From a virus: DNA of 64,000 nt. Position numbers and translations under genes: made by a program. Shown here in pieces: positions 28,378 through 37,293 of the stretch. The stretch's first letter is position 1, and each line of letters begins with the position of its first letter. The stretch is taken from positions 32,001-96,000 of IMG/VR virus record IMGVR_UViG_3300010396_000002; one strand, 5' to 3'. The notes under the pieces are model-generated. The model was not told where the DNA came from, searched no databases, and worked only from the letters and a program-made list of their open reading frames with translations.

Positions 28378-28380
28378 GCG

Positions 28381-29076
28381 TCAGGCGTTCGACCACGAAC
28401 CGTTGCGCCACACGAGCGTCGAGGGCCACAGCGCGACGGCCCCCCGCTGCCCTGCTCTCGTCCGGTACTCGTCGATGGTCTCCCCTTCGTTTGGCTTGAG
28501 CAGCTTGAGCCTCCCGCTCTCGTGCAGGACGGCGATCTCGTGGAGTCCGAGCAGACCACCACCTCCAGGCCGGAACCAGCGATGCGGCGGCGTCTGCTCC
28601 TGCGTCCATCCGGCTCCGCGGAGCGCTGCTTCCAGATCGCCGCGCGTCATCTGGCGCCGGATCTCCATAGCCTGCTCGGGCGTCGTCTTGCCATCCAGCA
28701 TTGGAACGGCCGCCTGCGGCGCCTCGTCCTTGTACCCGGGCAGGCAGTCCACTCCCACGGTCGCGACCTTCGCCGGCCTCCAGACCAGCCCGCAGGCAAG
28801 GTTCTGGCAGGCATGGTCCTTATGGGCCTTCGTCGCGAACGCCCCGACGTCGACGTGCTTCGTCCTGCACAACGGGCACCAGAGCAGCATCGGGATCGGC
28901 GCCGCGTCGGTCTTGCGCATGGCGCGATTGAGCCGGTGCACCCAGGCAAACAGCGGCCCCCCGCCGAGGATCTCCAGCACGCGCGCTGCGAGGTCGGTCC
29001 TGCCATCTGCGTACCCGCGGTAGTACGGCTCTGCTTCCGGTGCTCGCTGGTCCGCCGCCTCGCACGCCTTCGTCAC
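28381..29076 (-). CDS. Hypothetical protein with Zn ribbon
   Basis: PIPMLLWCPLCRTKHVD...HACQNLACG. Confidence 0.6.
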   Translation of the reverse strand: MTKACEAADQRAPEAEPYYRGYADGRTDLAARVLEILGGGPLFAWVHRLNRAMRKTDAAPIPMLLWCPLCRTKHVDVGAFATKAHKDHACQNLACGLVWRPAKVATVGVDCLPGYKDEAPQAAVPMLDGKTTPEQAMEIRRQMTRGDLEAALRGAGWTQEQTPPHRWFRPGGGGLLGLHEIAVLHESGRLKLLKPNEGETIDEYRTRAGQRGAVALWPSTLVWRNGSWSNA

Positions 29077-29729
29077 CTCGTTGAGGAGAGCCGCGGCCCC
29101 CTCAAGCTTGTGGGCCTCGTCTCCGCGTCGGTCAGCTCGGCGCGCACGGCCTCCTGGTACACGGCAAAGAAGCTGTAGGCCCTCGCGTCGTTCCCCTTCT
29201 GCCAGACCCGGTTCATCGCCGCGTCCACGGCCTTGCGCACGGCCTCGCTCGGCTCGACGGGCGCTGGCGCGGCCTCCTCCGCCGGGGGCTCCTCGTCGTC
29301 GAACCGCGTCAGCGGCCCCTCCAGCTCGAAGTTGGCGAGCTCGCCATCGTCTTGAACGCCCACCATGCGCGCCGTCCCCGTGCACTGCGCGCCGCTGTCC
29401 CGCCTCAGCCGGTACTCGACGTCATTGCCGACGCTTGGCGCGCTAGCTTCGGACGGCAGCGTGAAGCGGATGCGGCGCACCATGACGGCAGGCCCCGGGC
29501 CGGAGCCGCCGGGCACCACGCTGGTCTCGAGCTTCGTGATACGGGTCCGCAGGTGCCCGTCGAGTTCCAGCATCATGCCGGGCTTCGATGGCCCGCTAAT
29601 GCGTTCCCGCAGCGCCTCCACGGTGCGCCCCACACACTCCCTCCAGATGGGGCCCGTGCTCTCTTTCGTGAACTCGTCCCAGACCGCGAGCATGTCGCGC
29701 ACCAGATCATCAAGGCTCTTCTCGCCCAT
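29073..29729 (-). CDS. Hypothetical protein
   Basis: GGAGGAG RBS. Confidence 0.6.
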   Translation of the reverse strand: MGEKSLDDLVRDMLAVWDEFTKESTGPIWRECVGRTVEALRERISGPSKPGMMLELDGHLRTRITKLETSVVPGGSGPGPAVMVRRIRFTLPSEASAPSVGNDVEYRLRRDSGAQCTGTARMVGVQDDGELANFELEGPLTRFDDEEPPAEEAAPAPVEPSEAVRKAVDAAMNRVWQKGNDARAYSFFAVYQEAVRAELTDAETRPTSLRGPRLSSTR

Positions 29730-29806
29730 GGGCTGCTCCTCCACGGCGTCGTCCAGTCGCCGTGAGCCCGAGGCTACCACGAGAGGGGCATGGTAGGCTC
29801 ACGCGC

Positions 29807-30121
29807 ATGGACGACCCCTTCCGCGTGAGGCCACACGCGTGCATCGTGTACGCAGTGAAGCGACCGCGTGCCACTGGACGCTTCGATGCGCAGTACAACC
29901 TCGTACGCGAGGACGTGCTCACCTACGTGAGCGGCGGCGAGCTCTACGAGCAGGAGGCGGCATGGTTCCGTGAGCACGGCTCCGTCGAGCAACAGGAGGA
30001 GCAGCGGGCTCGGGCGGAATGGGAACGCGACGGCACCGCACCGCTGGCGCGCGGTCAGCGGGCTCGAGCCCGGAGACCTCCGGGTGCTGCTCGCCAAACC
30101 CTGGCTTCGCCTGCGCGCTGA
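29807..30121 (+). CDS. Hypothetical protein
   Basis: TGG-TAGGCT-7-ATG; high GC3. Confidence 0.5.
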   Translation: MDDPFRVRPHACIVYAVKRPRATGRFDAQYNLVREDVLTYVSGGELYEQEAAWFREHGSVEQQEEQRARAEWERDGTAPLARGQRARARRPPGAARQTLASPAR

Positions 30122-30191
30122 CGCACTTCGCAGGGTTCGAGGGGGACGACATCCGCGCCGTCCGCCTCGGGCTCGTCCCATGGGAGCGCGG

Positions 30192-31337
30192 CTAACTCTT
30201 CAGCGTCAGGGCCTCGACCGCCTGAGTAGCGTACCCAAGCGCTGCCACACGGTCCTCTTCGGCGATCACCCGCTTGTCGCCATCCTTGATGGGGGCGAAG
30301 ACCTCGAGCCCGAGCCGCAGACACCGGATCCCGATGTCTTCGGGCCGGCTGTTCTTGTCGGTCGCCCTGGTCGCCAGGAAGTCGAGGTTGCTCTGGAGGT
30401 AGAGCGCGCCGTCGATGTACCCGACCTCGCCGTAGGTCGTCACGGGAACCGAGAGGCAGTCGGCCGCCGCCACGGCCGTGTCCGGCGAGTCGAAGACCAT
30501 GACCAGGAAGTAGGAGGTCAGATCGCGCGTCGCAAACGCCTTCTTCAGGTTCACCTGCCGTTCGTTGGCCTTCTCCATCGCCGCGGAGAGCGCCATCGTG
30601 TCCTCGCCCTTCTTCAGGGCCTCGCCGGTCGCGCCAAACATCTGGTAGAGCGCGGTCGTGTCGAAGCCGATCGCCTTCTGCTTCACGCCGGGGCGCTTTA
30701 CCAGCGTGCCCAAGAGGGCCATGTCCCATCCGCCCTGGGACGCCGCGTTGTTGAGCGCGATCATGATCTCGATGTGCTTGTCCTCGTCGACGTCGATTAC
30801 CGAGACGTTGACCAGGTAGGCCCGCCCGCTCTTGCTCGTCTTGTCGAGCACCTTCATGCGCTGGTGCCCGGCCACCATGCCGAGCGGCTTGCCGTCGGTC
30901 CAGAGGCGCTTGTTCCAGACGATGGATGGCTCCACGAGCCCGTTCTCCACGATGCTGTCGGTCAGGAGCTGAAGGCCCTCGATGGAGATCCAGCGTGGGT
31001 TCTGCGCGTTCCCATCGCCGAGGATCCGACGATCCATCTCGACGATCTCATACCCTTTGTCGAGATGATGGTGCTGGACGTCCTCCGACCCGATCGCAGG
31101 GAGCACGGCCTTCTTCGTGACGCCGGCGCGCTGCACCGAGCACGTCTCCGCGCACGGAACCTTCGGCAGCGCCTTGCACTCCGGGCACTCGTCGGCAAGG
31201 GTCGGCTTCTTCTTCCGCCTGCCGCGTGGCGCCGGGCAGTTGACATGGCATTCGACGGTGGGCGCGCTGCCGCAGTTCGGGCACCCGTCCTTGATCGTCA
31301 GCTTCTTCCCCGTCGCCTTCGCGGACGTGTCGCCCAT
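30192..31337 (-). CDS. ParB-like nuclease-domain protein with N-terminal Zn fingers
   Basis: NPRWIS...SIVENGLVEPSIVWN...MVAGHQRMKVL...IALNN. Confidence 0.8.
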   Translation of the reverse strand: MGDTSAKATGKKLTIKDGCPNCGSAPTVECHVNCPAPRGRRKKKPTLADECPECKALPKVPCAETCSVQRAGVTKKAVLPAIGSEDVQHHHLDKGYEIVEMDRRILGDGNAQNPRWISIEGLQLLTDSIVENGLVEPSIVWNKRLWTDGKPLGMVAGHQRMKVLDKTSKSGRAYLVNVSVIDVDEDKHIEIMIALNNAASQGGWDMALLGTLVKRPGVKQKAIGFDTTALYQMFGATGEALKKGEDTMALSAAMEKANERQVNLKKAFATRDLTSYFLVMVFDSPDTAVAAADCLSVPVTTYGEVGYIDGALYLQSNLDFLATRATDKNSRPEDIGIRCLRLGLEVFAPIKDGDKRVIAEEDRVAALGYATQAVEALTLKS

Positions 31338-31353
31338 GGCCGCGGAGCGTAGC

Positions 31354-32046
31354 CTACGCGGTGATCGAGTAGAAGCGACGCCGGGCCACGACGCTGAAGG
31401 CGAACGGGAAGTAGTGGCAGAGCTTCTCGAAGTCGCGGGGGAACGTGTCGTAGAGCCAGAGCAGGCTCGGCGTCGACAGGTCGATCCCCGTCGCATTGCG
31501 GCCGGAGCTCACCGGCATCGGGATGCCGTTGGCGGCAAGAAACGCCTCGACGTCGACGCGAAGCCACTTCTCGATCGGATGGAACACTTCCTGGTACTGG
31601 ACGGCCTTCAGGTTGCGGCGACGCCACATCGAGTCGGAGGCCTTCGCGCCGGTCAGCACGAGCGGGATGCCGGTATCCCCCAGGACGAGGTCGTAGCAGT
31701 CCCGGAGGGTCCACTCTGGAACCGCAGCCAGCACATCCTCCGATGCCGGCGGCCGATACACACCGTTGCGGATGAGGCGCGAGAGTAGCCAGTGGGGGTA
31801 CTGGAGCACCTTGAAGCCCCAGCGACGCTCGGCTTCCGCGAGCGCCGTGTCGACGCACTCGAGGTTTGGCACGAGGTACATGAAGAAGCCGACGACGTGC
31901 TCGAAGGTCCGCACGGCGAGCTGGGCGATGACCCGACTGTCCTTGCCGTCGCTGTAGCTCACCAGCGCCTGCGACTTGCCTGTGCGGGCGATGACGTGCT
32001 AGCGGGCTTCCTCGAGCACCGCCAGCGTTGTCTCGATCTTGCTCAC
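31354..32046 (-). CDS. PAPS-reductase-like (PP-loop) protein, interrupted by an in-frame TAG at 31999-32001
   Basis: LVSYSDGKDS PP-loop, TGAKASDSMWRR, HPIEKW; frame open from GTG 32046 except for one TAG. Confidence 0.75.
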
Positions 32047-32099
32047 GGAGGGAGCCTAGCGCAGAACGCGGAGGCTTTGGGATGGCGCGGGAGAGGTGC

Positions 32100-32405
32100 T
32101 CAGGCCCCGCCCCCGCCAGCACCACCAGAGGCGTGGTGAGCTTGGCCGGCCTTCGACGCGTGCCAGTCGCCCGTGGGCACGCTCTTGCGCCCGGAGACCT
32201 TCGCCGCCGCCTTGCTCGCGGACTTCAGCCCTGCCGCCTTCGCCGCCTTCGGGCTCTTGCCCGCCGCCGCGGCCTTGGCGAACGACTTCGCGCCGGCCTT
32301 GTTCGCGGCCGCCGCCGCGCGCTGCGCCTTGGACCCGCCCGCCGCCTTCGCCGCGCCGCCCGCGCCGGCCGCCTTCTTGCCCGGTACCGCCCTTTTCGCC
32401 GCCAT
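32100..32405 (-). CDS. Ala/Lys/Gly-rich histone-like small basic protein
   Basis: AAGGAG RBS; AAK repeats. Confidence 0.7.
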   Translation of the reverse strand: MAAKRAVPGKKAAGAGGAAKAAGGSKAQRAAAAANKAGAKSFAKAAAAGKSPKAAKAAGLKSASKAAAKVSGRKSVPTGDWHASKAGQAHHASGGAGGGGA

Positions 32406-32481
32406 GGTTCAGCTCCTTCTCGTGATGGTCTCACCCCGTAGGGTCAGGTGCCAGGCTGGACCTGGCGTTGCGAGAGCTAGC

Positions 32482-32874
32482 CTACACGGCGAGGGGGCGG
32501 CGCGGTAGGGGTCGCCGCGGGTGATCCGCGGTCATCGGGGAGGGCTTGGCCGGCCCGACCAACTGCCAGTGCCTGCCGATCAGACACTCGGCCTCCATCT
32601 CCTCGCAGGGCTCGCCGATCACCCGCCGCCCGGGGACGCTTGGCTCCGGGCGCTCTCCCCAGAGGCAACGCCCGTCGGGGGCGAGCTGCTTGCCCTGCCG
32701 GTACCAGCGGGTGACCGCATCCCAGAAGGGATGGCGCGAGCCAAGGCGGCGCTCCTGCCCGCGGGTGGTCAGGGGGATCGGCCCCATGTAGCCGTGGTCC
32801 TCGAAGCGGATGCGCTCCCCGTTCACCTCGATGACGCGGTCGGGGCCGCCGACCAGGATGCAGGCGACGTTCAT
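32482..32874 (-). CDS. Hypothetical protein
   Basis: GAGGAG RBS; ATGA overlap. Confidence 0.55.
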   Translation of the reverse strand: MNVACILVGGPDRVIEVNGERIRFEDHGYMGPIPLTTRGQERRLGSRHPFWDAVTRWYRQGKQLAPDGRCLWGERPEPSVPGRRVIGEPCEEMEAECLIGRHWQLVGPAKPSPMTADHPRRPLPRRPLAV

Positions 32875-33062
32875 GCTCCGCTCCTCGGCTGGTCCCAGAC
32901 CAGCGCCTCTCCCAGCACCGGCACGGCTCCCCAGAGCACGAGTGCGACGACCAGCTTGTCGACGGGACCGTCGGCAGCCCTTGGGACCAGGAACAGGGCG
33001 CCGACGATCCAGACGACCAGGAAGAAGCCACGGTCGACGATCTGCTCGTCCTCGCGGGTCAC
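32871..33062 (-). CDS. Two-TM small protein
   Basis: Hydrophobic segments; GTGA overlap. Confidence 0.5.
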   Translation of the reverse strand: MTREDEQIVDRGFFLVVWIVGALFLVPRAADGPVDKLVVALVLWGAVPVLGEALVWDQPRSGA

Positions 33063-33709
33063 CCCGGCCCCATGGCAGCGCGGAGCTGCCGGCCCTGGAC
33101 CCACACCGCCGACCGCGGAGCCCTGACGGCGAGCCCGGCCTCGGCGGCGAGGTCGACGAAGGGGACCGGGGTCTTGAACCGGACGTGGTGGGAGAGCAGC
33201 CACGCGAACCGCCCGGCCTCCCAGAACAGGCTTCGGGGCAGGTCGGTGGGCTCGAGGAGCCGGGAGCCCGTGACCCAGACCAGGCCGAGGACGTGACCCG
33301 CGGGCCCCAGCCGAGCATCGGGCAGGGCCTTGCCCTTGGCGTCGACCCAGCGCTTCGCGGCGGGCTGTGCTGCGGCCGCCGGCGTGAGTCTGCCGACCTT
33401 CTCTGCCGCGTACACGCCCAACCACTGGGCGCTCTTCTCGAAGGGGCGCTCGCGCGTCTCGATCGTCTTGTCGCCCTCGCACACCATCTCGGCGAAGACA
33501 CGCCAGAAGGGGACCACCAGCACCTTGTCGGGCACTGGCGGCATCGGCTCCGGGAAGGGGAGCGGGAGCGTGCGCGACGCGGCGCCCTTGCCGATGTTGC
33601 AGACGCATGCACCAGCACCCTCGCGACACGCAGGCGTGTGCTTGGAGCCCGCTGCGATGCGGGCGAGCTGGTCCTGTTCTTCTCGTCGTAGCTGTTCGGT
33701 GTCCTTCAC
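33059..33709 (-). CDS. ASCH-domain protein
   Basis: FAEMVCEGDKTIETR (GxKxxExR), GHVLGLV, AWLL...PVPF. Confidence 0.75.
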   Translation of the reverse strand: MKDTEQLRREEQDQLARIAAGSKHTPACREGAGACVCNIGKGAASRTLPLPFPEPMPPVPDKVLVVPFWRVFAEMVCEGDKTIETRERPFEKSAQWLGVYAAEKVGRLTPAAAAQPAAKRWVDAKGKALPDARLGPAGHVLGLVWVTGSRLLEPTDLPRSLFWEAGRFAWLLSHHVRFKTPVPFVDLAAEAGLAVRAPRSAVWVQGRQLRAAMGPG

Positions 33710-33900
33710 GATCTCCTCCGCGCCGGCAGCTTGGTGCCCGGGTGCTCGGCTGCGTACTTCATGCACCGGGCGCAGTCGTAGACGTCTCCAGGGTGCCCTG
33801 GCGTTCCTGGTGCCGATCCTCCGAGCGGCAGGTGATGAGGCTTCGGCATCGGCGGGAGCGGCACCGTCGGCCGGGTGTGCGGCTTGGGCTCGGGCATCAT
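33706..33900 (-). CDS. Small Pro-rich protein
   Basis: Overlapping codons. Confidence 0.45.
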   Translation of the reverse strand: MMPEPKPHTRPTVPLPPMPKPHHLPLGGSAPGTPGHPGDVYDCARCMKYAAEHPGTKLPARRRS

Positions 33901-34136
33901 CGACGCCTCCGGATGACGTCGGACGCGAGCCCGACGAGACCAGCCACGAAGACCAGGGCCTTGGTCAACCGCGGCCCCAGCGTCTCGTCGAGCGCGGCAC
34001 GCACATCGCGATACGCCTTGTCGCGCAGGTGCAGCGCCTTGTCGCGCTGGTAGCCGTAGCTCTGCTCGATGATCCGGCGCTCCTCCGGCGTGAGGCTGTC
34101 CGTACCCGACCACTTCTCTGGCGTGAGATCATCCAT
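33897..34136 (-). CDS. Small C-terminal TM protein
   Basis: GGAGGT RBS. Confidence 0.55.
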   Translation of the reverse strand: MDDLTPEKWSGTDSLTPEERRIIEQSYGYQRDKALHLRDKAYRDVRAALDETLGPRLTKALVFVAGLVGLASDVIRRRR

Positions 34137-34617
34137 CGATCACCTCCGCCTGGACCTCGGGAGCCCCGACCGTGAGCAGCGGCATCTTGCCGGTCTGGTA
34201 CGCCTCCGCAATGGCGCCGCCGACCAGCTCCATCACCGTCTGGCCGTCGGGGAGCGTGAGCCCAGCCAGGAACTCGGCATCGATCGTCGAGGCCCCCGCG
34301 GCGACCAACTCGAGCTTGGCGCGCACGGCGAGCACGAGCAGGCGCCACCGCTCCCGGCACGCCTGCTCCCAGCGCTGCTCCCTGGTCTTGTCCTTGTACC
34401 GCTTCGCCTCCGGGAAGGAGGTGACCTTCGGCAGCGGGAGCACGACGCGGACCTGCCGCATCTTCGGGCCCTGACCGATGGTGAAGAAGATGAGCGCCAG
34501 CCCCTGATCGTCACGCGCGGCGCTGCCGAAGTTGTACCCGCCGTGCTTGCGCACGACGTTCTCCAGCTCCGCCTTGCTCTTCTCCACGGTGACCGTGGTA
34601 CCTTCGGCGTAGCTCAT
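34129..34617 (-). CDS. Phage-type hypothetical protein
   Basis: MSYAEGTTVTVEKSKAE...RERWRLLVLAVRAKLE. Confidence 0.7.
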   Translation of the reverse strand: MSYAEGTTVTVEKSKAELENVVRKHGGYNFGSAARDDQGLALIFFTIGQGPKMRQVRVVLPLPKVTSFPEAKRYKDKTREQRWEQACRERWRLLVLAVRAKLELVAAGASTIDAEFLAGLTLPDGQTVMELVGGAIAEAYQTGKMPLLTVGAPEVQAEVIDG

Positions 34618-34913
34618 CGCCGGACCCCACGTGCTCGCTTCGCGGCGTCGAACTTGGCCAGGGCCCGGTGCGCGCGGACCGCAGCCAGCTCGCCGCAGCG
34701 CGCGTACTCGCGCTGGAGGCGTGCCTTCTGCACACGCACCGACCGGCCCGTCGTCGCGTCGCGCACGATGACATGACGAGCGTCGTCGATGCCGGTCACC
34801 ACGAGCGGCCGACCGCTCCACTGCGCGAACACGTCGTGGACTCGCACCGCGATCCGGCGCACCAGCTTGGCGATCCGCTCGCGCTCCTTCTGCGCCTCGG
34901 TCTTCTTCTTCAT
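34614..34913 (-). CDS. Basic hypothetical protein
   Basis: Overlapping codons. Confidence 0.55.
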   Translation of the reverse strand: MKKKTEAQKERERIAKLVRRIAVRVHDVFAQWSGRPLVVTGIDDARHVIVRDATTGRSVRVQKARLQREYARCGELAAVRAHRALAKFDAAKRARGVRR

Positions 34914-35197
34914 CACCCGTCTCCCTTCGCCAGATCCGCGGCGAGCGTCGCCTTGGCCGCCGCGATGAACGGACACCAGTCCGGCGTCTGCCAGGTCGTG
35001 TCGCCGATGCGGCGCAGCCCATTGGCGCTCAGCGCCGGCGCCGCGGACACCGCTCTCTCGTTCGCGCAGTAGACGTCGTGCCCCGAGTCGACGTCGTTGC
35101 CGTCCTCGATGCAGTAGTGCTCCGAATGCTCGTACACGCACCCATGGCAGGAACCCTGTAGCGTCAGACGCGGCCCCTGTCGCTTCACCTCGGCCAT
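34913..35197 (-). CDS. Cys-containing hypothetical protein
   Basis: CHGC...TPDWCP. Confidence 0.6.
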   Translation of the reverse strand: MAEVKRQGPRLTLQGSCHGCVYEHSEHYCIEDGNDVDSGHDVYCANERAVSAAPALSANGLRRIGDTTWQTPDWCPFIAAAKATLAADLAKGDG

Positions 35198-36105
35198 CAC
35201 GCGCCTCCCTTCTTCTTCGCTGGCTTCGCCTTGGCCACGATCTCGCGCAGCCACGCCGGCGGCTCGCCACCGCGGGCCCACGCGAGCGCCTCGGCCGCCA
35301 TGACGCGCCCGTGGACACCGCTCTTGAGGAGGTCGCCCTCGACGCGCTCGATCTCCTTCGCCGACCTCGTCTTCGCCCGCGGCGGCGATGCTGCCTTGGC
35401 GGCCTTCCGGACCGCCTTGCCGTCGACCTTCCCCTCCGAATCCGTCGACGCGGTCACCGCCTCGCGCACGGCAGCGCTCCCTCCGTTCTTGGCGAGCCGG
35501 AGCGCGACGTCGGGAGTGATCTCCTTCCGGTTGATCTTGCCCTGGAGGTCAGAGTCGAGGAGCAGGCACTTCACCAGCGCGTTCGCCGTGTCGAGGCGGA
35601 GCCCGGCGCAGGCCGCAGCCGCTGGCGGCGCCATCCCGTCGTTCTCCATCGCGTCCTTGAACCGACGCGCGAGCACGAGCGGGGGGTCCTCCTTCCGAGC
35701 GGCGTTCTCGAGGTACCGTGCTCGGACCGGATCGGTCGTGGCGACGGCCCGGAGCTTGAGCAGCTCCTGCCTCTTCGCCCTGCGCTCCGCGTTCACGATC
35801 GTGACGGCCGCGAGTCGACGATCTCCCGCGGCGACGAGGCGCTCCCCGCCGTCGGTGTAGACCACGATCGGGGTGCCGAGCGCCGTGCCGTGCTCGCGCA
35901 TGCTGGCGAGCAGCACCTGCATGTCGGCGTCGTTCGGGTCGGTCCGCGCGAGCCAGTTCTGGTGCTCGGGGTGCTTCGGGTCCGAGCGGGGGGACTTGTA
36001 CTTCGCCGGCACGACCCACCAGCCGTTGAAGCTGCCGTCGGCGCCCATGCGCTCCTTCTGGGCAGCGAAGCCGGTCAGCTCAGCGGTCTTCTTCTTCGTG
36101 CCCAT
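35197..36105 (-). CDS. ParB/Spo0J-like protein
   Basis: LASMREHG...PIVV...VAAGDRRLAA...ENAARKE, then an HTH-like region. Confidence 0.75.
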   Translation of the reverse strand: MGTKKKTAELTGFAAQKERMGADGSFNGWWVVPAKYKSPRSDPKHPEHQNWLARTDPNDADMQVLLASMREHGTALGTPIVVYTDGGERLVAAGDRRLAAVTIVNAERRAKRQELLKLRAVATTDPVRARYLENAARKEDPPLVLARRFKDAMENDGMAPPAAAACAGLRLDTANALVKCLLLDSDLQGKINRKEITPDVALRLAKNGGSAAVREAVTASTDSEGKVDGKAVRKAAKAASPPRAKTRSAKEIERVEGDLLKSGVHGRVMAAEALAWARGGEPPAWLREIVAKAKPAKKKGGA

Positions 36106-36545
36106 CAGCGGCCTCCTTTCGGCTTGTCGTCGAAGGTCGCCGCCCGCGAGAGCGTGTCCTTCGCGGCCCTGTCCAGCGCCGAGCTGGAGGCCGGTGCAAG
36201 GAACACCGAGGCTGCTCCGGCGCAGAGCAGAATCTCGAGCACCTCCACACGCCCGAGCTGGCGCCCCGCGGTGTTGCTGAGCCGGAGCCCGACCATGTCG
36301 AGGCTCTCCGCCAGAGCCTTGGGGATGCGCAGCGTGACCCTGTCCTTCTGGATCGTCACGTCGCAGCCGCGACTGAGCAGCTCCCTCCAGAGCGCGCTCT
36401 TCTCGAGCTTGAGAACCCTCCCTGCTTCGGCGACGCGCGCCTGGAGCTCGGGAGCCATCCGAACCGACGCCAGCGGGTTGCCCTTCGGCTTCCGCAGGCG
36501 CACCTGTTTCTGCGTGGCGCGTTTGCGCCTCGCCTTGTCGTCCAT
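36105..36545 (-). CDS. Tandem ribbon-helix-helix regulator
   Basis: ASVRMAPELQARV...KSALWRELL and VTLRIPKALAESL. Confidence 0.65.
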   Translation of the reverse strand: MDDKARRKRATQKQVRLRKPKGNPLASVRMAPELQARVAEAGRVLKLEKSALWRELLSRGCDVTIQKDRVTLRIPKALAESLDMVGLRLSNTAGRQLGRVEVLEILLCAGAASVFLAPASSSALDRAAKDTLSRAATFDDKPKGGR

Positions 36546-36552
36546 GCGCCGG

Positions 36553-36582
36553 AGGGTGGCACGGGTGTTAACACTTCGTCAA
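36553..36582 (-). promoter_or_regulatory. Sigma-70-like promoter with palindrome GTGTTAACAC (36565-36574) in the spacer
   Basis: TTGACG-18-CACCCT-7-ATG; divergent intergenic region. Confidence 0.55.
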
Positions 36583-36660
36583 GTCGTGCTAGCCTGCTCG
36601 CCTGGACGACAGGAGCGCGCGACGATGCGCGCCGTAGGAGAACGCGTGTCCAACGACTCG

Positions 36661-37293
36661 ATGAAGATCCCGACCAACCATCGACAGGCCGAGCGACGCC
36701 TGATCGAGATGGTTCGTAGCGGGGCGTGGGAGATCGACGACCAGGGCCGCATCTGGCAACTGAAGCGCCGCGGCGGAAGGGGGCGCGGTGGTGGGGCGCG
36801 CATCATCGACATCGCTCGGATTCGGGCCGAAAAGCGCATGCCACGCGGCTACCTGATGGTGCGCGCCATGTTCGACGGCCGCCGCGTCTGCGGCCTTGCG
36901 CACCGCCTCGTCTGGCAGCACCTCCGCGGAGACATCCCCGACGGCCTCGTCATCAATCACAAAAACGGTCGCAAGGATGACAACCGAGTCGCCAACTTGG
37001 AGGTTGCGACGTACTCGGCCAACAGCCGTCATTGTCAGGATAACCTCAACCCGCCGGTCCTTCGCGGGTCGCGGAATGGTGCGTCCAAGCTGACCGAGAG
37101 CGACATCATCGACATGCGGACCGCACGAGCAGCGGGCGCATCGTTGCTCTCCTTGGCCGAACGGTTCGGCATCAGTTACCAGCAAGTTTCGACTATCACG
37201 CGCGGCCACAGGTGGAAGCACGTCCGCGACGCGCCGCTGCAAGTTGCAGACGGACGGAGCACGCGCTGGCAGCGTTCGGCAGGGAGGCCATGA
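36661..37293 (+). CDS. HNH homing endonuclease with C-terminal HTH
   Basis: AHRLVW...INHKNGRKDDNRVANLE...N; SKLTESDI...LAERFGIS. Confidence 0.88.
   Translation: MKIPTNHRQAERRLIEMVRSGAWEIDDQGRIWQLKRRGGRGRGGGARIIDIARIRAEKRMPRGYLMVRAMFDGRRVCGLAHRLVWQHLRGDIPDGLVINHKNGRKDDNRVANLEVATYSANSRHCQDNLNPPVLRGSRNGASKLTESDIIDMRTARAAGASLLSLAERFGISYQQVSTITRGHRWKHVRDAPLQVADGRSTRWQRSAGRP

Noticed and set aside
31999-32001. Genome-wide TAG reassignment
   Set aside because: Many genes clearly end in TAG followed by an RBS or element (e.g. 12490, 60780, 61441, 62373).
35311-36660. N-terminal 450 aa of the 660-aa HNH ORF
   Set aside because: Antisense to the ParB-like and RHH genes; the real HNH gene starts at about 36626-36661.
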